Source: a virus
Taxonomy: Duplodnaviria; Caudoviricetes
Strand: one strand, 5' to 3'
IMG/VR virus record: IMGVR_UViG_3300021356_000138
Location: 1-26,747 of that record
Length of the DNA stretch: 26,747 nt
Shown here: piece by piece, positions 16,926 to 24,622 of the stretch
Layout of the letters: every line of letters begins with the position of its first letter
How positions within the stretch are numbered: the first letter of the stretch is position 1
Position numbers and translations under genes: made by a program
Notes under the pieces: generated by a model
Seen by the model: only the letters and a program-made list of their open reading frames with translations
Told to the model about the DNA's origin: nothing
The model's database searches: none

Positions 16926-18081
16926 CATATTTACCATAGTTAGGCTTACTCATTAAACTATAAGTAGCATACCTGGTAGCATCAGGTAAATGGTCTGCAC
17001 CTTCATTGGGTATATTAGTTAATCTATTAGCTTTATCTTTCTTCCACCTATAATCTCTAAACTCTCTTATAGCATTTACAGATGTTTCTGTTATATGTAG
17101 TTTGTATCGCTTTAACAGATCTATACCAGCCATAATACTATTCTGTCCTTTAACACTTGGTCTTATATTGTTTCCCATTCTTTTAAGCTCGTCTATTAAA
17201 CGAACTTCTGCTGAATCACCAAAACATAGCTTATTGTCTTTATTATGCTCTAGAAAGAATCTATGTATGTCTGCGGTAGTCATCATAGTTCTATAAAGTA
17301 GTTCATTAATATATAAACTGTGATCTTTCTGATATACTTCTACTGCAGCTGTAGGATCATTAGTATAACCAAAGTCCATACCTATAGATAAGAACTTAGC
17401 ATCCTCTGGTATTTTATTTATTGTAGTAAAGCTAAATATTTGTGTTCTGGATAACGCTCTTTCACCCAGTCCAAATACTTGCCAATATTCTTCATCTGTT
17501 TCTTTTAGTCTTTCTAATTCGTGTACAAGTGTTTTATCTATAAATGGATTGTCTTTATATGTAGTCTTAAAAAACACAGCATCATCTCTAGTTTCTACTT
17601 TATCATATATCCAGTGATTTGCTTCACTAGGGTTATAATCTATTATTATCTGACCTTCCGTACGAAATATTAATTGTTGCCAGCTATCCCAGTCTATTTC
17701 ATTACACTCATTAACAAATAATAAGTTTCTCTTTCTACCACGTATTTTAGCAGGCTGATCTAGTGATATGAACTCTATAGTATTGTTGTTTAGATAGTAT
17801 TCGCTATTACTTTTGTTATGATCCTTTTCGCTATATAAATTATACTCTTTTAGTATATCTAAAAAGTCACGCATAACAGTTCCACGCAAACTCGGAAAAG
17901 TACGTCTCGTAATAGTTACTATATGATTCTTATTCTGAAAGCAGTAGTCAAATATTATCCAGATAAGTATGTTAAATGTTTTACCTGATCTAGAACCACC
18001 TTGTTCTATTAGTATCTTCTTATCTGACCTGTGAAAGTTATAAGCGTGATTAAATACAACATTAGTCTGTACTTGGTTCAT
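16915..18081 (-). CDS. terL: Terminase large subunit (PBSX-like)
   Basis: Walker A QGGSRSGKT, Walker B LFVNECNE, DYNP coupling motif, and RNase H-like nuclease motifs GMDFGYTND and DHLPDATRY. Confidence 0.95.
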   Translation of the reverse strand: MNQVQTNVVFNHAYNFHRSDKKILIEQGGSRSGKTFNILIWIIFDYCFQNKNHIVTITRRTFPSLRGTVMRDFLDILKEYNLYSEKDHNKSNSEYYLNNNTIEFISLDQPAKIRGRKRNLLFVNECNEIDWDSWQQLIFRTEGQIIIDYNPSEANHWIYDKVETRDDAVFFKTTYKDNPFIDKTLVHELERLKETDEEYWQVFGLGERALSRTQIFSFTTINKIPEDAKFLSIGMDFGYTNDPTAAVEVYQKDHSLYINELLYRTMMTTADIHRFFLEHNKDNKLCFGDSAEVRLIDELKRMGNNIRPSVKGQNSIMAGIDLLKRYKLHITETSVNAIREFRDYRWKKDKANRLTNIPNEGADHLPDATRYATYSLMSKPNYGKYAIR

Positions 18082-18322
18082 TATCTTTTACGACTACTTC
18101 AAATAAAGGTGTATCTTGGTTTAGGGTTATGTCTTGTGTTTCTCTAGGTTTACCATAATAGTAATTAGCAAATAGTTGTGCAAACTTATAATCACCCTTC
18201 TTTAAACCATCGTGTAATACTTGGATAAATAAATCTTCCATAGGTGACAGCTTATCTAATAACTGTAATTCATCAGCTTTAGACTTTCTACCAGAACCTT
18301 CTCTTTTACCACCCCAACTCAT
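18062..18322 (-). CDS. Putative terminase small subunit
   Basis: 86 aa directly upstream of and overlapping terL; WGGKREGSGRK N-terminus and YYYGKP motif. Confidence 0.6.
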   Translation of the reverse strand: MSWGGKREGSGRKSKADELQLLDKLSPMEDLFIQVLHDGLKKGDYKFAQLFANYYYGKPRETQDITLNQDTPLFEVVVKDNEPSTD

Positions 18323-18324
18323 AG

Positions 18325-18456
18325 TTATCTTTTTTTACCTTGACCTCTATATTTCTTTTTCCAACCTGGTTGATTCTTACTTGCATTCTTACTATGTACT
18401 CCTGGTCTTTTCTTTTTAGGACGCTCTATGTAAGTACTTATTATCTTTCTTGCCAA
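18325..18456 (-). CDS. Very basic 43-aa protein, TTG start (not in ORF track)
   Basis: MARKIISTYIERPKKKRPGVHSKNASKNQPGWKKKYRGQGKKR*; stop lies 2 nt before the next ATG. Confidence 0.7.
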   Translation of the reverse strand: MARKIISTYIERPKKKRPGVHSKNASKNQPGWKKKYRGQGKKR

Positions 18457-18480
18457 CTTGAAAAAACTTGATTAATCAAT

Positions 18481-18508
18481 AATATAATACTTTTTTTACA
18501 CTTTTTTT
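18481..18508 (-). promoter_or_regulatory. Putative first late promoter (packaging operon)
   Basis: TATTATATT at 18489-18481 with A7 tract at 18508-18502, at the early/late boundary; followed by a short leader rather than ATG. Confidence 0.5.
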
Positions 18509-18935
18509 AGTACTCCCACTGACTTTCATCTAAAAACACTTCATCTTTTACCATAGCATCTATCTGTGCTGCCATCTTAATTAAAGTATCTTCTGGTAAG
18601 TATTTTAGTTTAGATTTAATATATGCAGTTGTATTCGCTCTGTTTTTAAAGTCAGGTTTAGCAAATAAACTATCAAACCAATCCTGCATTCTTTTATTAT
18701 TATGTTCGTATACTTCAAACATTTTTATAGCGTGACATAGTGTTGCGCTATCCATATTAAATCCTAAATTGTTAAATATATTTATTATATCTCTATTACG
18801 TAGTTTGTAATAGTTTCTCAGTATATGTACGAAGAATGATCTAGCTTCCACATATTCTGTTTGTCTTTTCTTTTCTAAAAAGTTAACTCCTGTTATCTTC
18901 TTAACTTCTTTTGCTATTCTGTATGTTTCTGTCAT
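18507..18935 (-). CDS. DNA-binding protein resembling the DnaA C-terminal (domain IV) HTH
   Basis: KKRQTEYVEARSFFVHILR...DSATLCHAIK parallels the DnaA_C pattern R...V.AR..AMYL.R...DHTTV.HA. Confidence 0.55.
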   Translation of the reverse strand: MTETYRIAKEVKKITGVNFLEKKRQTEYVEARSFFVHILRNYYKLRNRDIINIFNNLGFNMDSATLCHAIKMFEVYEHNNKRMQDWFDSLFAKPDFKNRANTTAYIKSKLKYLPEDTLIKMAAQIDAMVKDEVFLDESQWEY

Positions 18936-18941
18936 AGTCTA

Positions 18942-18972
18942 CTAAATTATTAATATTTTTTAATATATCAAA
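18942..18972 (-). promoter_or_regulatory. Bacteroidota housekeeping-type promoter
   Basis: TTTG (18972-18969)-N19-TAATTTAG (18949-18942), 6 nt before ATG 18935. Confidence 0.6.
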
Positions 18973-19768
18973 GGTTTATTTCTATATAATAGTCGTCTAG
19001 TTCTGGTTCGTCTTGCTCAAAGTGTTGTGCATAAACATTAAGTGCATATGCTACTTTATCTCTACCACTTTGTATAAACTCTTTACTTACAGGTTTACTT
19101 ATACCTATATCTCTAGAACCTTTATCCATTACTATAAATCTAAAGTTAGGTGTATTAAATATCTCTGTGTATAGGTATGCTTGTACGTCATAGTGAAAGT
19201 TGTATGCGCTATGTTCAAAACCTTTTATGTTACTTGTTGTTTTAAGATCGCACACATAGTCTTTAGCAAGTACATCTGCTTTTGCTCTAAATGGTTGACC
19301 TTGTACTAATGCTACACCTGGATATTCTGTTTTACAACCTTTAATCATTTGCATAGCAGGTTCATTACGATAAAAAGCATCTGCTAATCTTTGTGCATCA
19401 TTCTTTTCTTTTATAGTAAATACTTCACCGTGCTGTTCTTTAGCAAGTTTATATTTGTTAGTGTTTTTGCTTTGTACATCTACAAATATCTGTGATTCGA
19501 ATACCTCTGGTTCTAGCACTGCAGCGTGAAATAACCACCCATCTCTTAGTGCTTGACTTTTAGGTGATCCATACTTCATTACATTATAGTATGTTTTAGG
19601 TGATTCTAATAATAGTTTTATACTTGAGCTGCTAAATGCAAACTTATTCATAAAGCCATAATAAAAATCATCATCTAACATTTTAGATAATAGTTCTGTT
19701 TTATCGTAGTATTTTCCGTCTAATAGTTTTATTTGATTTTCTAGCATATCTAATATTATAAGATCCAA
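18968..19768 (-). CDS. PD-(D/E)XK exonuclease, RecE/Exo VIII-like (DUF3799-type)
   Basis: Motifs SSSSIKLL, G.LFHAAVLEP, RAKADVL, DLKTT and YDVQAYLY. Confidence 0.85.
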   Translation of the reverse strand: MDLIILDMLENQIKLLDGKYYDKTELLSKMLDDDFYYGFMNKFAFSSSSIKLLLESPKTYYNVMKYGSPKSQALRDGWLFHAAVLEPEVFESQIFVDVQSKNTNKYKLAKEQHGEVFTIKEKNDAQRLADAFYRNEPAMQMIKGCKTEYPGVALVQGQPFRAKADVLAKDYVCDLKTTSNIKGFEHSAYNFHYDVQAYLYTEIFNTPNFRFIVMDKGSRDIGISKPVSKEFIQSGRDKVAYALNVYAQHFEQDEPELDDYYIEINL

Positions 19769-20056
19769 TTATTTATTCTTTTCTATATATTTCTGTAGGT
19801 TCGCTAATGCTCTCCAAGCTACTTTAGCATCGTGTGGTATACCATCATCATCTAATGTACCGCAGTCTATTAAATGTCTGGCTAAAGCATCTAGTTCATC
19901 TGTAGATTTACTTCTATCCCAGTGTAAAGGTTTATCTGGATGGTGTTGCTGGTTTCCTATATAACTAACCTGTGCTACCATTTTAAGTGCATCAGGGAAA
20001 TATTTAATTACACCAGAATAAACTGGTATTTGTTTTCGCTTTTTGTGTTTATTCAT
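19769..20056 (-). CDS. dATP/dGTP diphosphohydrolase N-terminal-like domain protein (DUF5664-type)
   Basis: FPDAL..VAQVS..GN..H, W...KS.D..DALARHL and D.DG..H.AKVAWRALA motifs. Confidence 0.7.
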   Translation of the reverse strand: MNKHKKRKQIPVYSGVIKYFPDALKMVAQVSYIGNQQHHPDKPLHWDRSKSTDELDALARHLIDCGTLDDDGIPHDAKVAWRALANLQKYIEKNK

Positions 20057-20298
20057 ATTACTTCTTCTGTTAGTCTATATGATAATATAATTTCAATATC
20101 TTCACCATCATATTTATATATTTTATTCTCTAGAGTAAACCTAAATAAAAAACTAAATATATCTACTTCTATCATACTACCTGCTTCTGGTACTGTATCA
20201 AAGTCTAACCACATAGCATTTATAGTATCTAGTAGTTTGTTTTCCACATCTTCTGATGGTTGTGTGCCTAGTATATCAGTTGAAATTTTTATCTTCAT
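20053..20298 (-). CDS. Hypothetical protein
   Basis: 81 aa, acidic, overlaps both neighbours in the operon. Confidence 0.6.
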   Translation of the reverse strand: MKIKISTDILGTQPSEDVENKLLDTINAMWLDFDTVPEAGSMIEVDIFSFLFRFTLENKIYKYDGEDIEIILSYRLTEEVI

Positions 20299-20584
20299 AT
20301 AATTTTAGTTGTTTAATTGCTTTGCCCTTTTCATCTAAGGCTGCATCTCTTTGCATCTTATATTGCATTACTGCTTTAAGTGCTAAATCTCTATCACGTT
20401 TTAATTCTATAATATGCCATTGTATATCTAAAAAAGATTCTATTACTGTTTTAAGCTCTTTATTACTATTAGCTTTTTTATTCCATTTGTTAAGTAACTC
20501 TAATATTATAGTAATATTATGATCGCACTCAAACTCTTTAATTGCGTCTAGCTTTTTATAAGCATCTATCAAATCCTGATTCAT
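20276..20584 (-). CDS. Hypothetical coiled-coil protein
   Basis: 102 aa helical protein in operon context. Confidence 0.6.
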   Translation of the reverse strand: MNQDLIDAYKKLDAIKEFECDHNITIILELLNKWNKKANSNKELKTVIESFLDIQWHIIELKRDRDLALKAVMQYKMQRDAALDEKGKAIKQLKLYEDKNFN

Positions 20585-21002
20585 TGTTTATATAACTTGC
20601 TTGTGATTCTTCTAATAAATATACGTCTTTTTGTTTTTTTGTTTTAGTCCATAATGTTGTATCTGGACAATTTAATTGTTCTAACTCTGGTAGCTGTAAT
20701 TTATCTAACCAAAATATATACATACCCTTAGGATCAAATACTAAATATAATTTCGTAAGCTCTTTATCCATCTCCATTAATTTATCATATTTAAACTTTT
20801 CCAATAATTTTGTTTCATAATATTTATCCCTAAACTTCATTTCAATTACACACTCTTTATTTTTTCTTGTATATCCCCTAGCGTCATAATGTTTAAACTC
20901 GCCACCGCTCCAAGTCAAATTCCAGTTATCTAGATTTAATATATTCACTAATGTTTGTTCCCATTTATGTACTTGTTGTATATCCATTTTTATAAATAAC
21001 AT
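20556..21002 (-). CDS. Small PD-(D/E)XK-like nuclease (true start may be the second Met)
   Basis: E...HYDA...IEMKFR fits the E..D..ExK restriction-endonuclease-like motif. Confidence 0.6.
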   Translation of the reverse strand: MLFIKMDIQQVHKWEQTLVNILNLDNWNLTWSGGEFKHYDARGYTRKNKECVIEMKFRDKYYETKLLEKFKYDKLMEMDKELTKLYLVFDPKGMYIFWLDKLQLPELEQLNCPDTTLWTKTKKQKDVYLLEESQASYINNESGFDRCL

Positions 21003-21207
21003 TTAGCTCATCTACAAACTCCTGTATTCTACCTATAATATGTTCACCCCTACAAGTGCATAAACTTTCGTATGGGTGATTAAAATACTTAGCGTGTAGT
21101 GTTTCGATTAATTTAAGTTCGTTTTTTGCTATTGTGTTATTTTTAACGCCTTTAAATTTTGTCCATTGATCGTAATCAACTTTTATCATTTGTACTTTAT
21201 CTGTCAT
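20965..21207 (-). CDS. Hypothetical protein with H..H..CxC motif
   Basis: LHAKYFNHPYESLCTC; ATGA-coupled to the upstream 55-aa ORF. Confidence 0.65.
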   Translation of the reverse strand: MTDKVQMIKVDYDQWTKFKGVKNNTIAKNELKLIETLHAKYFNHPYESLCTCRGEHIIGRIQEFVDELNVIYKNGYTTST

Positions 21208-21371
21208 CTTTTAATTTGTATTTTATTCCAATCGTCTTTTCTTTTATCACAGCCGCAATCTTTATAGCCAAATAGTTTTGCTATACTTGTAGCTATTCTT
21301 TTACCATAACCAAATGTGATTATGTTAATTATTTTTTCTGCTAGATCCCCTAGTCCAATCGAATTTCTCAT
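21204..21371 (-). CDS. 55-aa protein with GLGD...DCGC motif (not in ORF track)
   Basis: MRNSIGLGDLAEKIINIITFGYGKRIATSIAKLFGYKDCGCDKRKDDWNKIQIKR*; its TGA overlaps the next ATG. Confidence 0.75.
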   Translation of the reverse strand: MRNSIGLGDLAEKIINIITFGYGKRIATSIAKLFGYKDCGCDKRKDDWNKIQIKR

Positions 21372-21882
21372 ACTGTTTTTTTATAAAATCTTTTACTTTT
21401 AAATATGTGTTTCTTAAAGATACATAACTTATATTAGTTTCTCTTTGTAACTCTGATATTTTCTTACCACTTGATAGTAATTCAAATATTGTTATATCAT
21501 ACCAGGTAAGTTTTTGTCTATACTCATCTGTAAATTCTTCTAACTTATTAAATAACATATCTTCATCTATTGTACTTTTAATACCATACTTTGCAAGTGC
21601 AGCACTAAGATCAAAGTTTTCACTATCACTAGTAACTATTAAATCTTTACGTTTATTGTTATGTTGTTTTAATCTAAGACAAGAATGAAATATTATTTTA
21701 TAGCAGTAGAAATAATTTATATCATTATCACCATAACTTAAATCTTTACCTTTTTTAGTAAGATCATCTATTTTTAAGTATAGCTCTGAAACAATATCTT
21801 TGCAGTCGTCATCACCGCAGTTAAAAGATTTACATATCCTTAACCAATCTTTATGTTTCCTATATGCTATTTCAAGAATCAC
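21325..21882 (-). CDS. Phage-encoded ECF-like sigma factor
   Basis: Region-2-like DDCKDIVSELYLKI (compare D.AEDLVQE.FLK) and region-4 HTH LTWYDITIFELLSSGKKISELQRETNISYVSLRNTYLKVK; the 185 aa size fits an ECF sigma. Confidence 0.7.
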   Translation of the reverse strand: MILEIAYRKHKDWLRICKSFNCGDDDCKDIVSELYLKIDDLTKKGKDLSYGDNDINYFYCYKIIFHSCLRLKQHNNKRKDLIVTSDSENFDLSAALAKYGIKSTIDEDMLFNKLEEFTDEYRQKLTWYDITIFELLSSGKKISELQRETNISYVSLRNTYLKVKDFIKKQYEKFDWTRGSSRKNN

Positions 21883-22798
21883 CGTTTGTTACTAAATGTA
21901 ATAAATTTTTATTATTTATACTAAACCCTACATTGTTTGCTATAGATCTAAACTCTATAGGATTGTCCATAGGTGTAGGTCTACCACCACTATCTATCTC
22001 TTTTATTTTAATTACAGCTAAATACGTATTAGTCCATAGTTCTGGATGGTTGGTCATTCTATGAAGGATTAAAAAATTGTCCGATTTATTTAGAAATTTC
22101 GAACCACCTTCAGCTGAACCAGCACTTGGCGGTTGTATGTATCCTTCAAACTTATGTCCTCCTGGATGTTTGTGTCTTAATGCTTCTGTTACTGCGTGTG
22201 TTATTAAAAATATTGAACACTTATTTTTTCTAGTAAATAATCTATAGTCACCCATTATAGCATAGTCGTATTCGTGTCCACCGTATACTTTCATAAGTTC
22301 TTTATCTCTTACTAGTGAATTATAGGGATCTATAACAAATCCCTGATAATCAAATGTTTTTTTTATTTCTTCTGCATTTTTTAATAATTCGCTAGATGTA
22401 TATACTTGATCTATATCTATATATCTAAAGTGTTCGTGTATCCATTTAATTTTTTCTTTCCATACCTTATCTGGTATTTTATTAAATGGTAACCCTACTA
22501 AAAATTCACATAGCTTTTTACTTATACTGCTAGGTTCATTCTCAGAACTATATATTAAGTATTTTAAATTATACTTAACAGCGTATAATAAAAGTAAATA
22601 AAGTAGTGTTGTGGTTTTACCTGTTGATGCGTGTCCAAGTACTACATTGAAAGATGAGAATTTAAATCTCCAGTACTCGTCTATCTCTGGTACACCAAGT
22701 CGTAGACCTTCCTTAACTTTACCGTTACGTATGTCATTCAGCCTACTGACTTGCGACCTTAAAGATACTAAATTAGAATGGTAGTCCATCATCGTCAT
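21872..22798 (-). CDS. SF4 (DnaB/T7 gp4/Twinkle-like) replicative helicase, no primase domain
   Basis: Walker A GHASTGKTT, H1a YSSEN, Walker B FVIDPYNSL, H3 FLITH, and NKSDNFLILHR / KIK. Confidence 0.85.
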   Translation of the reverse strand: MTMMDYHSNLVSLRSQVSRLNDIRNGKVKEGLRLGVPEIDEYWRFKFSSFNVVLGHASTGKTTTLLYLLLLYAVKYNLKYLIYSSENEPSSISKKLCEFLVGLPFNKIPDKVWKEKIKWIHEHFRYIDIDQVYTSSELLKNAEEIKKTFDYQGFVIDPYNSLVRDKELMKVYGGHEYDYAIMGDYRLFTRKNKCSIFLITHAVTEALRHKHPGGHKFEGYIQPPSAGSAEGGSKFLNKSDNFLILHRMTNHPELWTNTYLAVIKIKEIDSGGRPTPMDNPIEFRSIANNVGFSINNKNLLHLVTNGDS

Positions 22799-23057
22799 TA
22801 GAGTTTCGATCTGGACTGTGTTGTTTGCTTGTTACTTCTCTATAGCTATTATCTTCTAACTTACTATAAACTTTATCGTTTTTAGAAACCATAGTAACAA
22901 ACTTTAAAAATCCTTCGTTTTCTTTTATATGTTTTTGTACCGTAGGATCTTCTAACATTTGCTTAAACTTTTCTACGTTTAAACTATTCTTAGAAACTAT
23001 ATATGGTTTACTTCCCTTGTAAGTATATAAGCCATTAATAAAAACTGTATCAGCCAT
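22773..23057 (-). CDS. Small protein with SSB-type acidic tail
   Basis: 94 aa ending NDDDGLPF, upstream of the helicase. Confidence 0.55.
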   Translation of the reverse strand: MADTVFINGLYTYKGSKPYIVSKNSLNVEKFKQMLEDPTVQKHIKENEGFLKFVTMVSKNDKVYSKLEDNSYREVTSKQHSPDRNSNDDDGLPF

Positions 23058-23547
23058 TGTTTTGTGGTTTAGATGTTAATAAATTATAATAAGCTATTGT
23101 TACTTGTCCTATAGAACTTAGTAACTCGCTTTGAGCTTGCGCTCTTTTTTCTGTGTCTTGAAACTTTAATGTTTTTTGCCAAGCATCGCTAGTAACAGTT
23201 TCATAACCTAACTTAGCTGCAACTGATAATGCTATACTTTGTTGCTGTGTTAAAGATTCTGTAGCTGTACTATTTGTTGTAGTTTGATTATTTTCTACTT
23301 TTTTCATTTGTTTACCGTTTTGAATTATTTTCTTATTTACCATTCTTTCGTTCAAAAGGTACGAAACAGTATCGCCTTTTGCAAATGGGTACGGTTTGTT
23401 AGATGGATAATTAAATACTGGTATATCACCATTCTTTAGAGATACTTTATATTCTCTCATCTCTGTTCCATCTTTACCAGACCAAGTTTTACCTTCCTCG
23501 ATCCAGTCTATTGTCGATTGTCTAGTTTGATTTTCTGCTAAACTCAT
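23050..23547 (-). CDS. Hypothetical protein, possible ssDNA-binding/annealing protein
   Basis: Beta-rich N-terminal half (OB-like pattern), linker, helical C-terminal half (QQSIALSVAAK); located in the replication operon. Confidence 0.45.
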   Translation of the reverse strand: MSLAENQTRQSTIDWIEEGKTWSGKDGTEMREYKVSLKNGDIPVFNYPSNKPYPFAKGDTVSYLLNERMVNKKIIQNGKQMKKVENNQTTTNSTATESLTQQQSIALSVAAKLGYETVTSDAWQKTLKFQDTEKRAQAQSELLSSIGQVTIAYYNLLTSKPQNNG

Positions 23548-23732
23548 TGTGTGTTTGTTAAATTAAATTTATCTGCATATGCTAAAAGTTCTTCTAGCTT
23601 TTTTGTTTTTTGTTTTTCCTTAGATAACTCTTTTTCTAGAGATTCTATTCTTAGTCTTTGCCATTTTAACTGGTCATTCACAAAGCCATTAGCTTGTGTT
23701 TTTATAATATTTAAGTCGTTTTGTGTGTACAT
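23544..23732 (-). CDS. Hypothetical coiled-coil protein, 62 aa
   Basis: First gene after a consensus promoter; ATGA-coupled to the next gene. Confidence 0.65.
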   Translation of the reverse strand: MYTQNDLNIIKTQANGFVNDQLKWQRLRIESLEKELSKEKQKTKKLEELLAYADKFNLTNTQ

Positions 23733-23736
23733 AACT

Positions 23737-24126
23737 TTATAATTGTTTCTTCAAAGTTATCAAATTTTTTTTATAAAACAAATATTTTTCTTCTAATTCG
23801 TGATTTTCTACTTTAGTTGTTTGTTTAGATAGACTAACTAACTTATCTGCAGTACCTTTACCATAAAGCATATCTATAGCTTTACCGTATTCATATTGTA
23901 ATCCATTTAAAAATCTGTTGCAATATTTACACTGGGGATGTACGTTTAGTTCATCGAACCGAACAATAAGATGCCTACGACTAACAAAGTGACCAGCATC
24001 AATATCTTTATAATGATAAGTTTTTCCACACGTTATACATTTACAATTACCTGAATGATCTGCGTGTTTTAATCTTATATATTCACTAAACAACCTATCA
24101 ATTTTTTTAATTAATTTTTGTCGCAT
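23737..24126 (-). CDS. ninG: NinG/Rap-like recombination endonuclease
   Basis: FSEYIRL, CITCG, DAGHF.SR and RFDELNVHPQCKYCN motifs (HNH-like with two CxxC). Confidence 0.88.
   Translation of the reverse strand: MRQKLIKKIDRLFSEYIRLKHADHSGNCKCITCGKTYHYKDIDAGHFVSRRHLIVRFDELNVHPQCKYCNRFLNGLQYEYGKAIDMLYGKGTADKLVSLSKQTTKVENHELEEKYLFYKKNLITLKKQL
23752..23782 (-). promoter_or_regulatory. Consensus Bacteroidota promoter driving the replication operon
   Basis: TTTG (23782-23779)-N19-TAACTTTG (23759-23752), an exact match, embedded in the 3' end of ninG. Confidence 0.75.
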
Positions 24127-24146
24127 TATATAAATATATAAAAAAC

Positions 24147-24207
24147 TATACTATATTGTATTGTATTATATAGTATAATATTATATAGTACAATACTATA
24201 TTGTATT
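24147..24207. repeat. AT-rich direct/inverted repeat array (origin/operator candidate)
   Basis: ATACTATATTGTATT at 24148 and 24193; TATTATATAGTA at 24164 and 24179; 10-bp inverted repeat 24147-24156 / 24168-24177. Confidence 0.8.
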
Positions 24208-24622
24208 ACAGCTTTTGTATTTTCTCAAAAGATCTACCACCAAAGTAGGCTCCTATTATAAGTAATAAGATTTGGTTTATAGCACCTAGTTCATACTTTA
24301 AAAAAAAGCCTGCAGTATATACTATTGCAAAGAATACTAGGGTTAATGGTCTTACGTTTTTGCTAAGCCACGAATCAGATAATGCATCAGCTTCCCATCT
24401 ACGAGTAACCGATTCCATCTCTTGTAACTCAATATCAAGCATTTTAAGAGCAGTTTCTTTATCTGGTTGAGGTAGGCTATCATCTTTAATAATTAAGTTC
24501 TTTAAAACGCCTAAAACACCTTTATCAGGAATCGTCTCTGCTAGGCTTTGGAATACTCCTGACTTCCCCAGTAGAAACTGACCTAGTTTTGTTTCCTTGA
24601 ACTTTTTTCTTTTTTTGCTCAT
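24206..24622 (-). CDS. Holin, 3TM/GTA-holin-like family
   Basis: RWEAD..SDSWLSKNVRP followed by hydrophobic helices and AYFGGRSFEK; adjacent to the endolysin. Confidence 0.75.
   Translation of the reverse strand: MSKKRKKFKETKLGQFLLGKSGVFQSLAETIPDKGVLGVLKNLIIKDDSLPQPDKETALKMLDIELQEMESVTRRWEADALSDSWLSKNVRPLTLVFFAIVYTAGFFLKYELGAINQILLLIIGAYFGGRSFEKIQKL

Noticed and set aside
19769-20056. Complete 2-aminoadenine (Z) genome pathway
   Set aside because: No PurZ, HD-family dATPase or DNA polymerase is present in the window.
5472-23742. The + strand ORFs in the supplied track (e.g. 5472-5681, 7771-8244, 15151-15534, 19940-20302)
   Set aside because: They lie antisense to well-supported - strand genes and have the Ser/Leu/Phe-rich composition of shadow ORFs.
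24147-24207. Possible CRISPR or mini-array
   Set aside because: The repeats are 12-15 bp, in mixed orientation, with no unique spacers of regular length and no cas genes.
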